Source: Terracidiphilus sp.
GTDB lineage: Bacteria; Acidobacteriota; Terriglobia; Terriglobales; Acidobacteriaceae
Direction: 5' to 3'
DNA: 39,245 nucleotides
Assembly (NCBI GenBank): GCA_049690595.1
Contig: JBAVMZ010000015.1
Coordinates: 1-39,245 of the forward strand
Shown piece after piece: positions 34,156-39,245 of the stretch. Both the position numbers and the translations under genes were made by a program. Position 1 is the first letter of the stretch, and every line of letters starts with the position of its first letter. Under the pieces are notes generated by a model. The model had not been told where the DNA came from, ran no database searches, and saw nothing but the letters and a program-made list of their open reading frames with translations.

Positions 34156-36744
34156 ATGAAACTCCTTGCCCGCTCGGCCGCAGCAGCCGTTGCCGTTCTC
34201 GTCCTCGCCACCTTCTGCCCCGCCCAGCGCCTGCCGCGCACGGTTATTCCCGAGCACTACCGGCTCTGGCTCACGCCCGACCTGAAGTCCGCCACCTTCA
34301 CCGGCGTCGAGACAATCGACGTGAACCTGACGGAGCCCTCGGCGACCATCGTCGTCAACGCGGCCGAGATCGCCTTCCAGGCCGCATCGGTCACCGCCGC
34401 CGGCCGCACACAGGCCGCCACGACCACCCTCGACGAGAAGAAGGAGCAGGCGGTCTTCACCTTCGCCGGGAAGATTCCCGCCGGGAAAGCCAGCCTGTCC
34501 GTTCAGTACACCGGCATCCTCAATAACCAGCTCCGCGGCTTCTATCTCTCGAAGACGCCCAAGCGCAACTACGCCGTCACGCAGTTCGAAGCCACCGACG
34601 CCCGCCGCGCCTTCCCCTCTTTCGACGAGCCGGCCTTCAAGGCCACCTACGACGTTTCGCTCACCGTCGACGCCGCCGACACGGCGATTTCCAACATGCC
34701 CATCGCCGAGGATACGGCAGGCCCCGGCGCCGGCAAGCACACGCTGCGATTCGCCACCACGCCGAAGATCTCCACGTATCTTGTCGCCTTCCTGGTCGGC
34801 GACTTCCAGTGCTCGAGCGGCGAGCAGGACGGGGTCCAGATTCGCTCCTGCGCCACGCCGGACAAGGTGGCGCTGACGCCTTACTCGGTCGAGGTGGCCA
34901 AGTTCGTTCTGCACTATTACAACGAGTACTTTGGCATCAGGTTCCCGCTGCCCAAGCTGGACCTGATCGCGCTGCCCGACTTCGAGGCCGGCGCCATGGA
35001 GAACTTTGGCGCCATCACCTATCGCGAGACCGCGCTGCTTGTCGATCCGAAGACCGCCTCGGTAGGCGCCGAGAAGGAGGTCGCGCTGGTCATCGCCCAC
35101 GAGATGGCGCACCAGTGGTTCGGCGACCTGGTCACCATGCAGTGGTGGGACAACCTCTGGCTCAACGAGGGCTTCGCCACCTGGATGGAGAACAAGCCGG
35201 TGGCCGCGCTGCATCCGGAGTGGAACATCGACCAGGCGGTCGTCGCCGGTCTGGACGGCACACTCAACCTCGACGCCCTGCCCACCACCCACGCCATCCG
35301 CGCCAGGGCCGAGAGCCGCGAAGAGATCGAGCAGATGTTCGACGGCATCTCTTACGGCAAGGCCAGCGCCGTGCTGCTGATGGTCGAGAACTTCCTCGGC
35401 CCCGAGACCTTCCGCAAGGGCGTGCACAACTACCTGGCCGCGCATCTCTATGGAAACGCCACCGCCGAGGACTTCTGGAACGCGCAGACCGCCGCCAGCC
35501 ACCAGCCTGTCGACCGCATCATGGAGAGCCTGGTTGCGCAGCCGGGCGTTCCGCTGGTCACACTGGGCTCGCCCGCCGGCGGACGCATCCCGGTGTCGCA
35601 GCGCCGCTTTTACCTGAGCCCGTCGATCGCGCCCGACCCCAGCCAGAAGTGGACGCTGCCCGTCTGCTTCAAGACCGCCGCGGGCCAGCAGTGCCAGGTG
35701 CTCTCGCCGTCGGAGACCTCGCTCGCCGCGCCCGCGGGCGGCATTTTTGCCAACGCCAGCGGCAAGGGCTACTACCGCACCGCCTACGCGCCGGAGACTT
35801 ACAAGCAACTGGTGGCCGGCGTGGAAACCACCCTGACCCCGTCCGAGCGCATCAGCCTGCTCAACGACGAGTGGGTGCAGGTGCGGGCCAACAAGGCCAC
35901 GATCGGGGACTATCTCGACCTGACGGCGGTGGTGAAAGCGGACCCCGGCGCCGAGGTGACTGGCGCGGCCCTCAGCGGCGTCGGCGACGCCTACTCGCGC
36001 CTGGCGGCGACAACGGAGGAGCGCGCGGCGCTGGCTGCCTGGGTCCGGGCAACCTTCGGCCCCGCCTGGCGCAGTCTGCCGAAGCCAGCGGCCGGCGACT
36101 CGCCCAACCTGCGCGAGCAGCGCGCGCAGTTCCTCGGCTACCTGGGCCTGTTGGCCAAGGACCCCGACGCGCTGGCCCAGGCTCGCCAGATTTCCACGAA
36201 ATACATGGACGATCCCTCTTCCGTCGACGCCACACTCGGCCAGACCGCCCTCGAAATCGCCGCCCACCACGGCGACGAAGCTCTGTTCAACGGGCTTCAG
36301 AAGGTTTACGAGACCTCGACCAACCCCGAGTTCCAGGCCGGCGCGCTGCACCTGCTGGCCGTCTTCACCGATCCGGCGCTGGCCCGGCGCTCGCTGGACT
36401 ACGCCGTCTCCGGCAAGGTGCGCAGCCAGGACGCGCTCATTCAGGTGGCCACCGCTCTCTCGATCGACGAGACCCGCGACCTCACGTGGCAGTACATCAA
36501 GGGCAACTGGGAGAAGATCCAGCCCCTGCTGACGCCCGAGTTGGGCAACGCGGTGGTCGGCTCGACGGGCAGATTCTGCACAGCCGCCGAGCGCGACGAC
36601 GTGAAGCAGTTCTTCGCCGCCCACCAGGTGCCCTCGGCCGAGCGCTCGCTCCGGCACGCCATCGAGACCATCGACGGCTGCATCGAGTTCCGCGCCCTGC
36701 AGGAGCCGAACCTGAAGAGCTGGCTCGCCGCCCACGCGCAGTAG
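34156..36744 (+). CDS. Secreted M1 family aminopeptidase (with ERAP1-like C-terminal domain)
   Basis: Signal peptide, TQFE..DARRAFPSFDEP, GAMEN, HEMAHQW-x-NEGFA zinc motif, YGKA. Confidence 0.95.
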   Translation: MKLLARSAAAAVAVLVLATFCPAQRLPRTVIPEHYRLWLTPDLKSATFTGVETIDVNLTEPSATIVVNAAEIAFQAASVTAAGRTQAATTTLDEKKEQAVFTFAGKIPAGKASLSVQYTGILNNQLRGFYLSKTPKRNYAVTQFEATDARRAFPSFDEPAFKATYDVSLTVDAADTAISNMPIAEDTAGPGAGKHTLRFATTPKISTYLVAFLVGDFQCSSGEQDGVQIRSCATPDKVALTPYSVEVAKFVLHYYNEYFGIRFPLPKLDLIALPDFEAGAMENFGAITYRETALLVDPKTASVGAEKEVALVIAHEMAHQWFGDLVTMQWWDNLWLNEGFATWMENKPVAALHPEWNIDQAVVAGLDGTLNLDALPTTHAIRARAESREEIEQMFDGISYGKASAVLLMVENFLGPETFRKGVHNYLAAHLYGNATAEDFWNAQTAASHQPVDRIMESLVAQPGVPLVTLGSPAGGRIPVSQRRFYLSPSIAPDPSQKWTLPVCFKTAAGQQCQVLSPSETSLAAPAGGIFANASGKGYYRTAYAPETYKQLVAGVETTLTPSERISLLNDEWVQVRANKATIGDYLDLTAVVKADPGAEVTGAALSGVGDAYSRLAATTEERAALAAWVRATFGPAWRSLPKPAAGDSPNLREQRAQFLGYLGLLAKDPDALAQARQISTKYMDDPSSVDATLGQTALEIAAHHGDEALFNGLQKVYETSTNPEFQAGALHLLAVFTDPALARRSLDYAVSGKVRSQDALIQVATALSIDETRDLTWQYIKGNWEKIQPLLTPELGNAVVGSTGRFCTAAERDDVKQFFAAHQVPSAERSLRHAIETIDGCIEFRALQEPNLKSWLAAHAQ

Positions 36745-36762
36745 GTCATTCGATCGAATTCC

Positions 36763-36799
36763 CGCGCCGCCATTCTCCGCGATGGCGGCGCGCGTTTCT
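36763..36799 (+). terminator. Probable intrinsic terminator after aminopeptidase
   Basis: CGCGCCGCCAT/ATGGCGGCGCG 11-bp stem followed by CGTTTCT. Confidence 0.5.
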
Positions 36800-36965
36800 G
36801 GCCGCGCGGCCGTGCAGGCTGGGGCCCGAGAATTCATTGGCGAATCGGTTCTCCTATTGACTCGCCGCGCCCGCCGGTGTTCCACTTCTCTCCGTTCAGG
36901 CAACACGATTCTCTGGCCCCCGGGTTTCCATTCATCGCGGCCAGAGACCCGCCCGGAGCGCACCG

Positions 36966-39245
36966 ATGACTCTCTCCCGCCGCGACTTTCTGGTTGTTTC
37001 TTCCAACCTGGGCGCCGGCCTTGCCCTGGCCAACGCACTTCCATTGGGAACCGCCTGGGCCGCCGATGCACCCGCCAACCCGGCCCTGGCGCCATGGCTG
37101 ACCGGCATGAGAATGGCCGCGACACCGGCCACCGCCTGGCGCGCCTATCGCTCCCGCATCTCCAAGAGCGCGGCGGTCACCACGTGGGTTCAGGTCGATC
37201 TCGGGCGCGCCGTCGCTATCGACGCCATCCTGCTCTACCCGGCATGTGAGAACGGGGCTCCGGGCCGCGACGGTTACTACGGCGGCGAGTCCTTTCCGCT
37301 GCGCTTCCGCATCGAGGCGGAGGAGGACGAGGCCTTTGCCCGCCCGCGCAGCATTGCCGACTTCACCCAGGCCGACTTCCCCGACCCGGAAGACAACATC
37401 ACCCGCTACCCGGCGCGCAACGTCACGGCGCGCTACGTCCGCCTGACGGCCACGGCTTTGCGCCCGGTGAAGGTGGCCCCGTCAGCCAACTACCCCGACG
37501 GCGCCGCGGCGATCGACGGCCCCGACTTCAGTCTGATGATTGCCCGCCTCGCCGTCCTCTCCGGCGGCGTGGAAGTCGGCGTTGGCGCAGCGGTGACCAC
37601 CGATCCAGCCCTCGGTAACCCCGCTCTCGCCGCCCAGCTCACCCGGCCGCCGCGGCCAGATGGCGACCAGGTCCGCTACGAGAACCCCGCGGCCGTGACC
37701 GACCCGGCAACCTGGCATAGGCCCCAGTTCCGCGCCACGGTCCCGCGCGATGGCGTCACCCTCAACGGCGGCGTCTTCGAGACCGCCCTCCGCAACAACA
37801 TCGATTACCTGCTCAACTCCTACTCGGTCGCCGACCTGCTGCGCCAGTTCTACGAGCGCACCGGCAAGGTCAAGGACTTCAAGCCGCACGGCTCGCAGGT
37901 CTTCTGGGAAGAGGATCTGGCCGGCTCGAACGCCGGGCGCTTCCTGATGGGCGCCGGGAACGCCCTGCGCTGGGTGGAACATACGGAGCTGCGCCGCCGC
38001 CTCGACGCGGTCGTCGATGGCATCGAGGAGTGCCGCCAGCCCAACGGCTACATCATGGCCTACCCCGAGGAGACGATCTTCTACTCCGAGCGCGCCGCCT
38101 ACACGCGCGCATGGCTCACGCACGGGCTGCTCGAAGCCGCGTACCTGGGCAACCCCAAGCCGCTGCCGCTGCTGCGGGGCTACTACGACTGGTTCAACCG
38201 CCAGGCTTTTCTGCCGCTGATGCTGCGCGGCTCCGTGCAGGGCGGACAAGGCATGGTGGCCAACACCCGTGTCGCCCTCAGCCGCGTCGGCAAGCCCGCC
38301 GACGTCCAGGTCATCCAGCGTTACTACCAGGAGGACGCCTGGCTTCATGGCCTGGCCAACCGCGAGCGCGAGCAGGTCTGGCAGTATCCCTACGACCGGC
38401 CGCACTGCTACCTGCTGACCAACCTGGAAGCCTATATGGACTTGTATCTGGCCACGGGCGAGCCGCTCTACCACGACGCGGTGCTTGGCGCCTGGGAGCT
38501 CTACCGTGCGCACTGGCAGCAGGCCGGCGGCTCGGTCTCCATCATCGAGTTCGAGCCCGCCCCGCCGGATTCGAACTACTTGCACGTCAAGCTCGGCGAG
38601 CTTTGCGGCAATAGCTTCTGGACCTTCCTCAGCCAACGATTTCTTCAGCTCAACCCCGAAGACGAGCGCTTCGCCACCGAGATCGAGAAGTCGATCTACA
38701 ACGTCGCCCTGGCCAACCAGGACGGCTCGGCGGGCCTGCGCTATCACACCATTCTGGAAGGCAAAAAGGAAGCCTCGACCCACGAGAACACCTGCTGCGA
38801 GGGCCAGGGAACGCGCTTGCTCGGCTCCCTGCCGGAACACATCTTCTCCATCGCGCCGGACGGCCTCTTCGTCCACCTCTACGAGCCCTCGACCATCCGC
38901 TGGCAGCACCACGGGCAGCAGGTCGAGCTTGCCTTGCGCACCCGCTTTCCCTTCGAGAACGGCGTCGAGGCTGCCGTCAACACCGCAGCCCCGGTTCGCG
39001 CCACACTGCGCTTCCGCGTGCCCTCGTGGGCCGCCGCGCCGGTTGAAATCGCAGTCAACGGCGCACCCGCCGCCACCGGCACGCCCGGCAGCTACGTAGC
39101 TCTGGACCGTACCTGGGTCAGCGGCGACACGGTCAGCTTCACCCTGCCCGCGGCGCTCCGCGTGACGCGCTACCTCGGCGCCGACCAGATCCCTGGCAAG
39201 CAGCGCTACGCGCTCGAGTCTGGTCCGGTCCTGATGGCCGCGGTT
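36966..39245 (+). CDS. Tat-exported GH127/GH146-like beta-L-arabinofuranosidase with N-terminal discoidin-like domain (runs off window end)
   Basis: Read manually; absent from the track because it has no stop. MTLSRRDFL twin-arginine motif, WVQVDLG and ARYVRLT (F5/8), GELCG, ENTCCEGQGTR, RFRVPSWA. Confidence 0.82.
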   Translation, partial: MTLSRRDFLVVSSNLGAGLALANALPLGTAWAADAPANPALAPWLTGMRMAATPATAWRAYRSRISKSAAVTTWVQVDLGRAVAIDAILLYPACENGAPGRDGYYGGESFPLRFRIEAEEDEAFARPRSIADFTQADFPDPEDNITRYPARNVTARYVRLTATALRPVKVAPSANYPDGAAAIDGPDFSLMIARLAVLSGGVEVGVGAAVTTDPALGNPALAAQLTRPPRPDGDQVRYENPAAVTDPATWHRPQFRATVPRDGVTLNGGVFETALRNNIDYLLNSYSVADLLRQFYERTGKVKDFKPHGSQVFWEEDLAGSNAGRFLMGAGNALRWVEHTELRRRLDAVVDGIEECRQPNGYIMAYPEETIFYSERAAYTRAWLTHGLLEAAYLGNPKPLPLLRGYYDWFNRQAFLPLMLRGSVQGGQGMVANTRVALSRVGKPADVQVIQRYYQEDAWLHGLANREREQVWQYPYDRPHCYLLTNLEAYMDLYLATGEPLYHDAVLGAWELYRAHWQQAGGSVSIIEFEPAPPDSNYLHVKLGELCGNSFWTFLSQRFLQLNPEDERFATEIEKSIYNVALANQDGSAGLRYHTILEGKKEASTHENTCCEGQGTRLLGSLPEHIFSIAPDGLFVHLYEPSTIRWQHHGQQVELALRTRFPFENGVEAAVNTAAPVRATLRFRVPSWAAAPVEIAVNGAPAATGTPGSYVALDRTWVSGDTVSFTLPAALRVTRYLGADQIPGKQRYALESGPVLMAAV

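Noticed and set aside
30413..37125. Long antisense ORFs (30413-33043, 34105-37125; likewise 3831-5564, 19331-20959, 25697-27685, 37482-38912)
   Set aside because: Shadow frames opposite well-supported genes, expected from high-GC codon bias; no recognisable motifs.

Overview
A GC-rich bacterial chromosome segment, most likely Acidobacteriota (Terriglobia-like). This is inferred from the style of the TonB-dependent receptor, the Gly-rich TonB and the GTGCCCC-type REP-like palindromes. Core genes are a beta-lactamase-fold hydrolase with murQ, an ABC-F ATPase, tonB, ileS-lspA and an M1 aminopeptidase. Between them lies an accessory, anaerobic-metabolism-looking block: an OmpA/discoidin protein, a citrate lyase operon (citC-citD-DUF296-citE-citF-citXG), a TonB-dependent receptor, a corrinoid methyl-transfer cluster (MtaB, MtaC, two MtaA/UroD-like proteins, a RamA/RACE-type activator, DUF1638, DUF6580), a GH3 and a DUF1778/GNAT toxin-antitoxin pair. 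A Tat-exported GH127-like gene runs off the right end. The most notable signals are: (1) the methanogen-style MtaABC cluster with no THF acceptor enzyme in view; (2) a 117-bp TA-duplicating hairpin MITE in four copies, with an empty target site visible in the same window; (3) a sharply bounded, in-frame ~50% GC patch inside ileS; (4) a repeat-derived 46-codon ORF that preserves ileS-lspA translational coupling; (5) a 145-bp-period tandem repeat carrying paired palindromes. All family calls come from motif recognition by eye; no database search was run.
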